A DNA stretch of 64,000 nt, taken from NCBI GenBank assembly GCA_017853415.1, contig JAFMJQ010000001.1, positions 12,924 through 76,923 on the forward strand. The letters are read 5' to 3'. The stretch is from Thermoleophilia bacterium (GTDB lineage: Bacteria; Actinomycetota; Thermoleophilia; Miltoncostaeales; Miltoncostaeaceae). Positions 35,521-43,840 of the stretch are shown piece by piece. The notes below the pieces were generated by a model. That model worked only from the letters and a program-made list of their open reading frames with translations. It had not been told where the DNA came from and ran no database searches. Within the stretch, counting starts at the first letter, position 1, and each line of letters begins with the position of its first letter. The translations under genes and the position numbers were made by a program.

Positions 35521-36912
35521 CTAGGGCCGGGACTGCACGAAGGCATCCACCACGCCGGGGATGCCGTCACGGATTGCCCGGCGCACACGCCCGCCGGTGT
35601 CGTGCGCATCGGCCAGCGTGGCCGACCCGAGCGCGAGCGTGACGTAGGCCACCACGCCGTCCCCCGTGCTCACCAGGCGCACGTCATGCGGTGCGCGCCC
35701 GCACTCGGCCGTGATCAGCGCCCGGACAGCATCGGCCGTGGCGGCATCGTCGGCGAGCTCGCTGCCCGCATATGCCCCGCCGAGCGGCTCCACGTGCGAG
35801 TGCACGCGGGTGACCTCGGGCACCGCGCCCACCACCGCCGCCTCCACCGCGCGGGCCACGGCGTCGGCCTCGGGCAGCGGGGTGTCGGCCGGGAGCTTGA
35901 GGTGCATCGACGCCTCGGTGCCGGAGTCGAGGTGCAGGATTCGCACGTTGTGGATCTCGCGCACCCGCGGAACCTCATGCGCCACGGCCAGCACGCGCTC
36001 GGCGAGGTCCTCGTCCTCCCCCTCGCGGCGCTCCACGTGCACCACCACGTCGGCACCGGGAACGGCCACCTCGATGGCGTCCTCCACCTCGTCGGCGATC
36101 GCGTGGGCGCGCCCCACCGACTCGCCCGGCGGCACGCCGATGACCACATCGGCGAATGCGCGGCCCGCTGCCGAGCGCATGCGCAGGCGGCGCAACTCGA
36201 CCCCGGGGCCCATGCCCTCGACCGCCGCGCGCACGGCGGCCTCGTCGGCATCGGGCACGCGGTCCATGAGCACCTCGACGTTCTCGTGCATGAGGCGGCC
36301 GGCCGCCACGAGCACGAGCACCGACACGAAGAGCGCCGCCGCGGAGTCGGCCCACTCCACGCCGCCGCGCACGAGGAGCAGGCCCACCAGCACCGCGGCG
36401 GTGCCGGCGAGGTCGCTGGCGAAGTGCAGGGCACTGCCCTTGAGCGCCGCGCTGTTGAAGCGGCGGGCGGCGCGGGTGAGGGTGATCGTGCGGCCGAGGT
36501 CGATGGCCATCACCAGCACCGCGACCCCGATGGCCCACCAAGTGGCGTCGACGTCGTGACCACCCTGCACCAGGCGCTGGATGGCCACGACGGCGATCCA
36601 GATGCTCACGGCCACCAGCACGGCGCCCTCGGCGAGCGCGGAGAGGTGCTCCGCCTTGCCGTGGCCGTAGGGATGCGTGCGGTCGGCGGGGCGGGCGGCC
36701 ACGCCCACGGCGAACAGCGCGAGCAGCGCCGCCACGAGGTCGGTGCCCGAGTGGATGGCCTCCGAGATGAAGGCCAGGCTGCCCGTGGCGATGCCGGTGG
36801 CGAGCTTGATGGCGATGAGCAGCAGGGCCGCGCCCACCGACACCAGGGCCACCCGACGCGGTGATGCGCCCGACGCGCCGTGCGCGTGGGCGTGCGAGTG
36901 GCCCATTCCCAT
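35521..36912 (-). CDS. Cation diffusion facilitator (CDF) transporter with three tandem C-terminal cytoplasmic domains
   Basis: ORF 35521..36912. His-rich start MGMGHSHAHAHG. TM2 EAIHSGTDL and TM5 LHFASDL are metal-site motifs. These are followed by three ZT_dimer-like modules ending VVVHVERRE, RVHSHVEPL and VVDAFVQSRP. Confidence 0.85.
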   Translation of the reverse strand: MGMGHSHAHAHGASGASPRRVALVSVGAALLLIAIKLATGIATGSLAFISEAIHSGTDLVAALLALFAVGVAARPADRTHPYGHGKAEHLSALAEGAVLVAVSIWIAVVAIQRLVQGGHDVDATWWAIGVAVLVMAIDLGRTITLTRAARRFNSAALKGSALHFASDLAGTAAVLVGLLLVRGGVEWADSAAALFVSVLVLVAAGRLMHENVEVLMDRVPDADEAAVRAAVEGMGPGVELRRLRMRSAAGRAFADVVIGVPPGESVGRAHAIADEVEDAIEVAVPGADVVVHVERREGEDEDLAERVLAVAHEVPRVREIHNVRILHLDSGTEASMHLKLPADTPLPEADAVARAVEAAVVGAVPEVTRVHSHVEPLGGAYAGSELADDAATADAVRALITAECGRAPHDVRLVSTGDGVVAYVTLALGSATLADAHDTGGRVRRAIRDGIPGVVDAFVQSRP

Positions 36913-37045
36913 GGGGGACCATGTTAAGCGCCGGGAAACCTGTCGCCGAAGAACATCGAGCCGAAAACGTAAAATGGCTTATCCATGCGGTTTCCGGTCG
37001 ATTCGTGGTTCCGGGGCGTCCGAGGCCATCGCTAGCCTTACGAAC

Positions 37046-37363
37046 ATGCGTTCTCCACATCACACCAAGCCAGCAAGCGGGGCAGCACAGCTCACCCTCG
37101 TTAGCACTCCCGAGGTGGTCCCGGAGAAGATCGCTCCCGCCGCGACGCGCCGCCGTCCGCGCACCCGCATGGGTCGCAACGAGCGGATGGCACAGCGGCT
37201 CGACCGCATCGCAATCCAGGCCGAGCGCGACGCCGCCGCCGCCGTCATGGCGCACGACGACGTCACGGCCAGGGAGATGCTCGAGCGGGCACAGGCAGCC
37301 CGTAAGGCGGCATCGCTCCTTCGCGCGGGGCCCGACGGCGTGCGCGAACTGCTGGCGTCCTAG
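37046..37363 (+). CDS. Hypothetical protein
   Basis: In-frame ATG at 37046 of ORF 36677..37363, after a lower-GC gap. MRSPHHTKPASG...RMAQRLDRIAIQAERDAAAAVMAHDDVTAREMLERAQAARKAA. No family recognised and the start is uncertain. Confidence 0.35.
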   Translation: MRSPHHTKPASGAAQLTLVSTPEVVPEKIAPAATRRRPRTRMGRNERMAQRLDRIAIQAERDAAAAVMAHDDVTAREMLERAQAARKAASLLRAGPDGVRELLAS

Positions 37364-37497
37364 TCCTCGCCCCCGCCCTCCGGGGCGATGGGGATCCATA
37401 CGTAGGTGCAGTTCCGGCAGCGCCGGACATCCTGGCCGATGTCCTCTGAGTCACGCTCGCCGCAGGTAGGGCACCGGGGCTGTTCGTCGGCCGTCAC
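37360..37497 (-). CDS. Small zinc-ribbon protein (45 aa), hypothetical
   Basis: C-terminal part of ORF 37360..37800 from the GTG at 37497: VTADEQPRCPTCGERDSEDIGQDVRRCRNCTYVWIPIAPEGGGED (CxxC-x15-CxxC). Its stop shares a CTAG with the convergent gene. Small size keeps confidence low. Confidence 0.3.
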   Translation of the reverse strand: MTADEQPRCPTCGERDSEDIGQDVRRCRNCTYVWIPIAPEGGGED

Positions 37498-37579
37498 CCG
37501 GCGAGCGTACCCGGGGGCCAGCCCACTGACGAACCCGGGGTGACCCCCCGACGCCTGCCCGACCGGGTACTTTTCCCGC

Positions 37580-40552
37580 ATGCGCACCCTCCGGTATCTC
37601 GTCACCATCGCCGCGGCGCTCATCGGCATCGCCGCCGTGGCCGCAACCGCTGGCGCCGCCGAGCGTGACTTCTCGCTGCGGTTCTCGGACACCACGAACG
37701 GCAACATCGCCTTCGCGGGCAACTCCCTCATGACGTGCACGCCGTCCAACGCCGGGTGCACCGACGCACGCAACGGCGTGGGCACCAAGCTCAACAACAA
37801 CGACTACGACATGCTGCGCGTCAACACCCTCTCGGGCGATGGCGCGGCAACTGCGGCGTCGTCGTCCACCCTGTCGCTGCCGGCCGATGCCACGGTGCTG
37901 TTCGCCGGGCTCTACTGGTCGGCGCGCTCGAGCAGCGCCGCCAGGGGGCGCGTGGCGCTGATCGACCCCAAGGGCAAGCGCACCGACATCACCGCCGTGC
38001 AGCTGGATGAAATCGGCGGGACCAAGGCCTACTTCGCATTCGCCGACGTCACCCCGCTCGTCGATTCGGCGGGTGTGGGGTCGTACACCGTGGCGGACGT
38101 CCAGGCCGACACCGGCAAGGACAAGTACGCGGGCTGGTCGCTCGTGGTGGCCTACGCGTCGCGCTCCGAGGAGGCGCGCAACCTCACCGTGTTCGATGGC
38201 GCACGCGAGGTGTCGGCAGGGGCCAAGAGCACCATCACCATCCCGATCAGCGGGTTCCTGGCGCCGCCCAGCGGTCAGGTGAACACCACCGTGGGCTTCG
38301 TGGCGGGCGAGGGCGATCGCAGCAGCGTGGGCGACTTCGTGCGCCTGAACGGCGTGAACATGCAGAACGCCCTCAACCCGGCGAACAACGTCGCCAATGC
38401 CACGGCGTCGCGGCTGGGCAGCGAGGCGCTTGACCGCGCGCCGTCGTGGACCAACCTCCTGGGCTGGGATGTGGACACCTTCAACGCCGACGGCATCATC
38501 GCGAACGGCGCCACCTCGGCCACCCTCACGGCCACCACCAGCGGCGAGACCTACTACCCGCAGGTGCTCTCGCTTGCCACCGAGGTGTACGCGCCCGACA
38601 TCCAGCTGCAGAAGTCGGTCACCGACATCAACGGCGGCGCGGTGGAGCGGGGCGACGTGCTCGAGTACACGGTCACTGCCACCAACGTGGGATCCGACGC
38701 CGCGGCCTCGGCGATCCTGCGCGACCCGGTGCCCGGCAGCACGGACTTCGTGCCCGGGAGCATCCGCGTCAATGGCACGCCGGTCACCGATGCGACGGCC
38801 GATGACGCCGGTGCGTACTACCCGGGCTCCTCCGAGGTCATCGCCGCGCTCGGCACCGGCACGGTGCCCGCAGGCGGCACGATGGCCGTGGGGGCCGTGA
38901 CCACCGTGACCTTCCGCACCACGGTTCGCGACACCCTCGCCAACGGCAGCAGCATCACCAACCGCGCGCGCGCCGACTACAAGGCGGCCACCGGCGGCCT
39001 GCCCCTGGGCTCGGAGTCGAACCTGGTGCCGGCGGCCATCACGGCACCCGACCTCACAATCAGCAAGTCGGCCAACGACTTCGCGCAGGGCGGCACCGCC
39101 ACCTGGACCATGACCGTGCGGAACGTCGGCGGCACCAGGCTCACCAGCAAGGTGACGGTGGCCGATGAGATCCCCGCGGGCGTCACCGGGGTGCGTGCCA
39201 GCGGCAGCGGCTGGACCTGCGAGGTGATCCCCGCCCGCGTCATCTGCCAGCGCCCGGGGCCCGTGGAGGCCGGGGGCAGCACGCCTCCCATCACCCTCAC
39301 CGGCCGCGTGGGCAACGGCGCCCGCGTGGTGAACGTGGCGCGCGTCACGTCGGACCAGGACCAGAATCCCGAGAACGACTACGCGCTCACCGAGAACGTC
39401 TTCAACGTGCCGAAGATCAACGTCGACTTCGGCACCACCGTCGCGGTGAGCGACCGGCGTCCCATCGCGGGTGACCGCATCACCGTCACGGCGGGCTACC
39501 GCCACTACGACGGCGTGCCGGCGACGTCGCGCATCTCGGTGTCGCTGCCGTCCACGATCGTGCCCACGGGCGCCAGCCTGCGCGGCGACGCCGAGGGTGA
39601 CTGCACGATCGCGGGCACCACGGTCACGTGCACGGTGGGAGTGCTGCGCGAGGGCGAGGGCGTCACGCTCACCATCACCGCCCGCGTGAGCGGGTCGGTG
39701 TCCGGGGGAACCACGATCGTCTCCACGATCCAGCCGACCGGCGGGGACGTCGATCCGGCGCAGGGCAACAACCAGGCGGCGGTGATCGTGGGCGTGCTCC
39801 CACCGCAGCCCGCCGTGTCGGCACCCACGTCGATCGAGATCACCAAGAGCGCGGTGGGCCCGGCGCCCGCCTATGGCGCGATCGCCACCTGGCGCGTGAC
39901 GGTGCGCAACACCGGCACGGCGACGGCCGGGGCCGCCTACTTCCAGGACCAGCTTCCCGCCACCGCCACGCTGGTCAGCGCCACGGTGACCGGAGGCGCG
40001 GCATGCACCAACCGCGGCGGCGTGGTGCGGTGCGACCTCGGCGACCTCGCCCCCGGCGCGGAGCGCTCGGCCACGATCCGGGCCCGCTACTACGTGATCG
40101 GCGAGGTCACCAACGGGGCCACGGCCTACGCCAACGACGGCGTGCGCGACCGCGGATCGGCCACCGTGGACGTCTACCCCGCCCGCCTGCGCGTGGCAAT
40201 CACCACGCCGCGGCGCTGGGGTGCCGGCCAGGTGATGCCGGCGACGGCGACCATCAGGGGCATCGGGCCGCTCACCGCCCGTGGCACGAAGCTGTCGGTC
40301 ACCATCCCCGCCGGAGTCGGCGTGGTGGCGGCACCGGGCTTCACGATCACCCGCAACTCGGGCGGCGCCACGGTGCTCACGCGATCCACCGGCAACCTGA
40401 GGCAGGGGGCCCGCACGGCGTTCGCGCTGCAATTGCGGGCGCCGACCTCGGCGCGCCGCCTCGTGCTCACCGACGCCGGCACGGCATCGAACACCGCGAA
40501 GGACACCGCACGCACGCCGGCCTACGTGACGCGCACGCCGGTGACCGGATGA
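37580..40552 (+). CDS. Large secreted DUF11-repeat (conserved repeat domain) surface/adhesin-like protein
   Basis: ORF 37580..40552. Signal peptide MRTLRYLVTIAAALIGIAAVAATAGA. N-terminal domain with LFAGLYWSA / YAGWSLVVAY. There are at least 4 repeats of the DUF11 type (GDVLEYTVTATNVGSDAA..DPVPGSTDFV; TWTMTVRNVGGT..VADEIPAGV; ATWRVTVRNTGTA..FQDQLPATATLV). No LPXTG plus TM anchor. Confidence 0.75.
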   Translation: MRTLRYLVTIAAALIGIAAVAATAGAAERDFSLRFSDTTNGNIAFAGNSLMTCTPSNAGCTDARNGVGTKLNNNDYDMLRVNTLSGDGAATAASSSTLSLPADATVLFAGLYWSARSSSAARGRVALIDPKGKRTDITAVQLDEIGGTKAYFAFADVTPLVDSAGVGSYTVADVQADTGKDKYAGWSLVVAYASRSEEARNLTVFDGAREVSAGAKSTITIPISGFLAPPSGQVNTTVGFVAGEGDRSSVGDFVRLNGVNMQNALNPANNVANATASRLGSEALDRAPSWTNLLGWDVDTFNADGIIANGATSATLTATTSGETYYPQVLSLATEVYAPDIQLQKSVTDINGGAVERGDVLEYTVTATNVGSDAAASAILRDPVPGSTDFVPGSIRVNGTPVTDATADDAGAYYPGSSEVIAALGTGTVPAGGTMAVGAVTTVTFRTTVRDTLANGSSITNRARADYKAATGGLPLGSESNLVPAAITAPDLTISKSANDFAQGGTATWTMTVRNVGGTRLTSKVTVADEIPAGVTGVRASGSGWTCEVIPARVICQRPGPVEAGGSTPPITLTGRVGNGARVVNVARVTSDQDQNPENDYALTENVFNVPKINVDFGTTVAVSDRRPIAGDRITVTAGYRHYDGVPATSRISVSLPSTIVPTGASLRGDAEGDCTIAGTTVTCTVGVLREGEGVTLTITARVSGSVSGGTTIVSTIQPTGGDVDPAQGNNQAAVIVGVLPPQPAVSAPTSIEITKSAVGPAPAYGAIATWRVTVRNTGTATAGAAYFQDQLPATATLVSATVTGGAACTNRGGVVRCDLGDLAPGAERSATIRARYYVIGEVTNGATAYANDGVRDRGSATVDVYPARLRVAITTPRRWGAGQVMPATATIRGIGPLTARGTKLSVTIPAGVGVVAAPGFTITRNSGGATVLTRSTGNLRQGARTAFALQLRAPTSARRLVLTDAGTASNTAKDTARTPAYVTRTPVTG

Positions 40553-40559
40553 TCACGCG

Positions 40560-41561
40560 ATGACCCGCCGCACGGACACCGGCCTCTGGGGCGATCTTGT
40601 GCTCACCCCGGGGACGGTGTCCGCGACGGCCGCCGCGGCCGATGGCTTCGACGACGTCGCGGGGCTCCTCACCGCCCCCGGCGTGCGCCGCGTGGTGGTC
40701 ACCGGTAACGGCGCGCAGTGGCACGTGGCCCTGGCGCTGTGGCTGGCCTGGCTGCACGTGCCCGACCCCCCGGTGGAGCTGCTGGCCGTGCCCGGGGGCC
40801 TGGTGGCCCGGGGTCGATTCCCATGGCGTGATGGCGATCGCCTGCTGGCGTTGTCGAGTTCCGGTGAATTCCGTGACGTCATCGAGGCGATCGACGCCGG
40901 TGCCCCGCGCCCCATCGCCGCCATCACGGCCAACGCGGGGTCGACCATCGGCAGGGCCGCCGAGGCGCGCGCGCTGGTGGCGGTCGAGACGCTGCGTGCC
41001 CGCACCCACACGCAGGGGTATGCCGGGGCGCTCATCGCCGGCCTGGGCGTGCTGGCGCGCATGTCGGGCGATTCCGGCCTGCGCGCTGCCACCGAGGGAG
41101 CCGGCGACCGCATGGCCCCGCTCATCGCGCGGGCGGACGCCCGCGAAGCGATCACCGGCCGGCCGCACGCGGGCGTGTGCGTGGGCACCGGCCCCGCCTG
41201 GCCCGCCGCGCTGCACACGGCGCTGTGCCTGCGCGAGGTGGCGATCCTGCCCATCGACGGATACGAGACCCGTGAGGGAGCCACCACCGGGCGGTTCTCC
41301 ACGGTGCCGGGCGACCTCGCGGTCACCGTGGCGGGCCCGCGCCCCGATCCCCTGCTCGACGAGGCGGGGGGAATCCTCGCCGAGGGCGGTGCCGAGGTCG
41401 TGGCGATCGCCGGCGACCCGGATGCCGATGCACGGCTGGCACCGGCCATGGCGCTGCCCGAGGCCATCGCGATGTCCATCGACCTCGCGCTGCTCGCGGG
41501 GCTCGACCCCGACGCGCCGGCGTGGGCCGGCGCCTACGACCGCACCTCGCGAGGCACCTGA
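40560..41561 (+). CDS. SIS-domain sugar-phosphate isomerase/aminotransferase-like protein
   Basis: ORF 40560..41561. VVVTGNGAQWHVA..., LLALSSSGEFRDVIEAI and a second SIS-like half (GVCVGTGPAWPAALHTALCLREVA), GlmS-C/AgaS-like. Confidence 0.65.
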   Translation: MTRRTDTGLWGDLVLTPGTVSATAAAADGFDDVAGLLTAPGVRRVVVTGNGAQWHVALALWLAWLHVPDPPVELLAVPGGLVARGRFPWRDGDRLLALSSSGEFRDVIEAIDAGAPRPIAAITANAGSTIGRAAEARALVAVETLRARTHTQGYAGALIAGLGVLARMSGDSGLRAATEGAGDRMAPLIARADAREAITGRPHAGVCVGTGPAWPAALHTALCLREVAILPIDGYETREGATTGRFSTVPGDLAVTVAGPRPDPLLDEAGGILAEGGAEVVAIAGDPDADARLAPAMALPEAIAMSIDLALLAGLDPDAPAWAGAYDRTSRGT

Positions 41562-41627
41562 GCCCCACCCGGCCGCGCCCCGCCCCGCACGCGGGCGCCC
41601 ACGCAGGCGGCGTGCCAACCTCGCCCA

Positions 41628-42410
41628 ATGAGGGTTCTTCACGTATCGCCGCATCCCGATGATGAGCTGGTCGGGGCCCCCGCCACCCTCATGGCCCTGC
41701 GCGATGCGGGGCACGAGGTTGTGAACCTCGCCCTGAGCCTCGGGCGGCCCGATGACCACGAGCGACGGCGCGCCGAGGTGGTGGAGGCCTGCGCGCGTGC
41801 CCGCTTCGGCCTGGTCATCGCCGAGCCGCCCATCGCCATGTCGGCCACCGATGACCGCGACGATGCCGAGGAGCGGGTGCGCTGGCAGCTGGGCATGGCG
41901 CTGGACGGTGCCGACCCCCCGGACATCGTCGTGGGCCCATCACCGCACGACGTGCACCATGCGCACGAGCTCGCGGGGCGGGCGATCCGCGACGTCCTGG
42001 CCTCGCGTGACGCACCCCCCGCCTGGTGGATGTGGGCGATCTGGGGCGACCTGCCCTTTCCCACGCTGGTCACCACGTTCAACGGCGACCGGGCCGAGGA
42101 GATCAACCACGCGCTCTCGGCGCACGAGGGCGAGATGGCCCGGGCCGACCACCGCGTGCACGTGGACGCCCGCGGGCGGCTCACGGCCATCACGGCCGCC
42201 GAGAAGGTGTTCGGCTTCGGCGCCCCCGCCCTCGGCGCCGACCGCGCCGAGGTGGTGACCGAGGTGGTGCGGAAGGACGGCGCATGGCTGCTGGGCGCTC
42301 CGCGTGCGCTCGATGCCGCCACCCCGCTCGCCCGGCCATCGTCCCGCCCCGTGGACGACTGGCTCGATTCACCCAGCCCGCGCGACCTCGGTGGCGGCCC
42401 CTACGACTGA
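41628..42410 (+). CDS. PIG-L (LmbE-like) family deacetylase
   Basis: ORF 41628..42410. VLHVSPHPDDELVG, plus later HDVHHAHE, the PIG-L zinc-deacetylase motifs. Confidence 0.8.
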   Translation: MRVLHVSPHPDDELVGAPATLMALRDAGHEVVNLALSLGRPDDHERRRAEVVEACARARFGLVIAEPPIAMSATDDRDDAEERVRWQLGMALDGADPPDIVVGPSPHDVHHAHELAGRAIRDVLASRDAPPAWWMWAIWGDLPFPTLVTTFNGDRAEEINHALSAHEGEMARADHRVHVDARGRLTAITAAEKVFGFGAPALGADRAEVVTEVVRKDGAWLLGAPRALDAATPLARPSSRPVDDWLDSPSPRDLGGGPYD

Positions 42411-42416
42411 GGCGGC

Positions 42417-43043
42417 CTAGGGCGCCATCTCCCCCGCCCTCACGGGCATCGGCAGCACGGCATCGGACGGGGCGAGCGGGCATGTCCACCGCGGGTCGTG
42501 GGCGCACGACGGGTGGTAGGCGAAGTTGAAGTCGAGCACCAGCGATCCGTCGGGCGCCGTGCCGAGGTCGGCCCCCTTCGCCTGGTCGAGCAGGTAGCGG
42601 CCGCCGCCGTAGGTGCCGTCACCGTTGGTGGCATCGCGGAAGGGCAGGAACAGGCCGCCGCCGTAGGCGTCGAGCCACAGCAGGGGCAGGCGGATCTCCT
42701 GTCCCTCGCGCGCCGCCACCACCTCGGCCACCTGCGTGAACGACCCGTCGGGTGAGGACGTGGCGCTCGCGGGCGCGGCGAGACCTGCGGGGCCAGCCGA
42801 TGAGCCGATGGCATGGACGGTCGCCGTGAGCCGCCACGATGGGTCGTACGGGAAGAACTCCATGCCGCGGAATCCCGCGCGGCGGTCATCGGGCACCGGG
42901 CTCTGCGGATGGGTGGCGAAGATCTCGTCGCGCTCGGCGCGCCAGGAATCCCAGGCATCCGGCCCGGCGCCGCGACAGCGCACCCGGGCGTAGTTGTCGG
43001 CCACCCGGCGGCGGAAGTCCGAGAGTTCGAGGTGCGCATCCAC
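42417..43043 (-). CDS. DUF1684 domain protein
   Basis: C-terminal 208 aa of ORF 42417..43784 from the GTG at 43043. LSDFRRRVADNYARVR, FFPYDPSWR, LFLPFRDATNGDGTYGGGRYL, DFNFAYHPSCAHDPRWTCPLAP. Confidence 0.75.
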   Translation of the reverse strand: MDAHLELSDFRRRVADNYARVRCRGAGPDAWDSWRAERDEIFATHPQSPVPDDRRAGFRGMEFFPYDPSWRLTATVHAIGSSAGPAGLAAPASATSSPDGSFTQVAEVVAAREGQEIRLPLLWLDAYGGGLFLPFRDATNGDGTYGGGRYLLDQAKGADLGTAPDGSLVLDFNFAYHPSCAHDPRWTCPLAPSDAVLPMPVRAGEMAP

Positions 43044-43124
43044 GACCGGCAGTCTCGCACCGGCATCGCATGGGCGCAGGTGGCGGCCCACCTGCCGTGG
43101 CCACCACCCGGGTAGCCTGCCCCC

Positions 43125-43775
43125 ATGGGCTCTGGTGATCTGGACGCCGGCGCGGTGTTCTCGTGGATGCAGGCGAACCCGGCGCGGCTTCGCGAACTGC
43201 TGCGCGAGGAGGACCCCCTCGACGCCGAGGAGTCGCCCGCCGCCGATGCCGCCGTGCGCGCGCACCTGCGGTTCGCCGCCGAGGGACTGATGGCGGGGAT
43301 CGCCCCGGGGCTCGCCGACCGCGTGGACGGCATGGCCGATGCCCTCGACCTGTGGTTCGAGGACGACCGCGAGGTGTTCGAACGGCAGATCGAGCTCGGT
43401 CGCGGGGCCATCGCCCTCGAGGAGCACCTGCTCTACGGCGCCGACGGCGAGACCGAGCCGGCCATCCATGCCGCGCTGGAACGTCGCGTGCGACTCGGTG
43501 CATGGAACCGCCTGTTCCTCAGGTGCCTCGAGGCCCGCCTCGGACCCGAATATGACGGCCTCACCGAGGCGGCGCTCGAGTGGTCGAAGGACCACGAGCG
43601 CGACCTCGCCGCGAGCATCCTGCAGATGCACCATCGGCAGATCACCGCTATCGAGAAGGCGACAGGGCATGCCGCGACGCCCGATGAGCGCGACCAGAGC
43701 AGCCAGCTCGCGGCGGTCACCGGCTACGTGCGCCGGGCCATCGAGTCGGCGGCCCACGCGCTCGACGCCATGTGA
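43125..43775 (+). CDS. Hypothetical acidic, helical protein
   Basis: ORF 43125..43775. No recognisable motifs. Coding-like composition. Divergent from the DUF1684 gene. Confidence 0.45.
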   Translation: MGSGDLDAGAVFSWMQANPARLRELLREEDPLDAEESPAADAAVRAHLRFAAEGLMAGIAPGLADRVDGMADALDLWFEDDREVFERQIELGRGAIALEEHLLYGADGETEPAIHAALERRVRLGAWNRLFLRCLEARLGPEYDGLTEAALEWSKDHERDLAASILQMHHRQITAIEKATGHAATPDERDQSSQLAAVTGYVRRAIESAAHALDAM

Positions 43776-43840
43776 AAGATCCATGTCATGAGCGACCCGA
43801 CCCCCTCCCGCGCGTCGGGGGCTCGGGCTTGAATGCCCCC

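Noticed and set aside
37498-37800. The full 146-aa version of ORF 37360..37800, with its ATG overlapping the DUF11 gene start in GCATGC at 37579-37582.
   Set aside because: The upstream two-thirds is antisense to the signal-peptide region and promoter of the DUF11 gene and has no motif. Only the C-terminal 45-aa zinc-ribbon part looks protein-like, and even that is low confidence.
37451-40432. 993-aa minus-strand ORF. Similar giant ORFs occur at 47836..51495 (-), 59298..62324 (-), 22721..25213 (+), 291..2009 (+), 12122..14263 (-, upstream part) and 15599..17491 (+).
   Set aside because: They lie antisense to, or out of frame with, genes that have clear family motifs. Their translations are Arg/Gly/His/Pro/Ala low-complexity strings without recognisable domains. 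Long stop-free alternate frames are expected in DNA this GC-rich.
40538-40552. The terminal ...TPVTG as an LPXTG-type sortase signal.
   Set aside because: Sortase signals are followed by a hydrophobic segment and a positively charged tail. Here the protein ends at the Gly, and no sortase gene is in the window.
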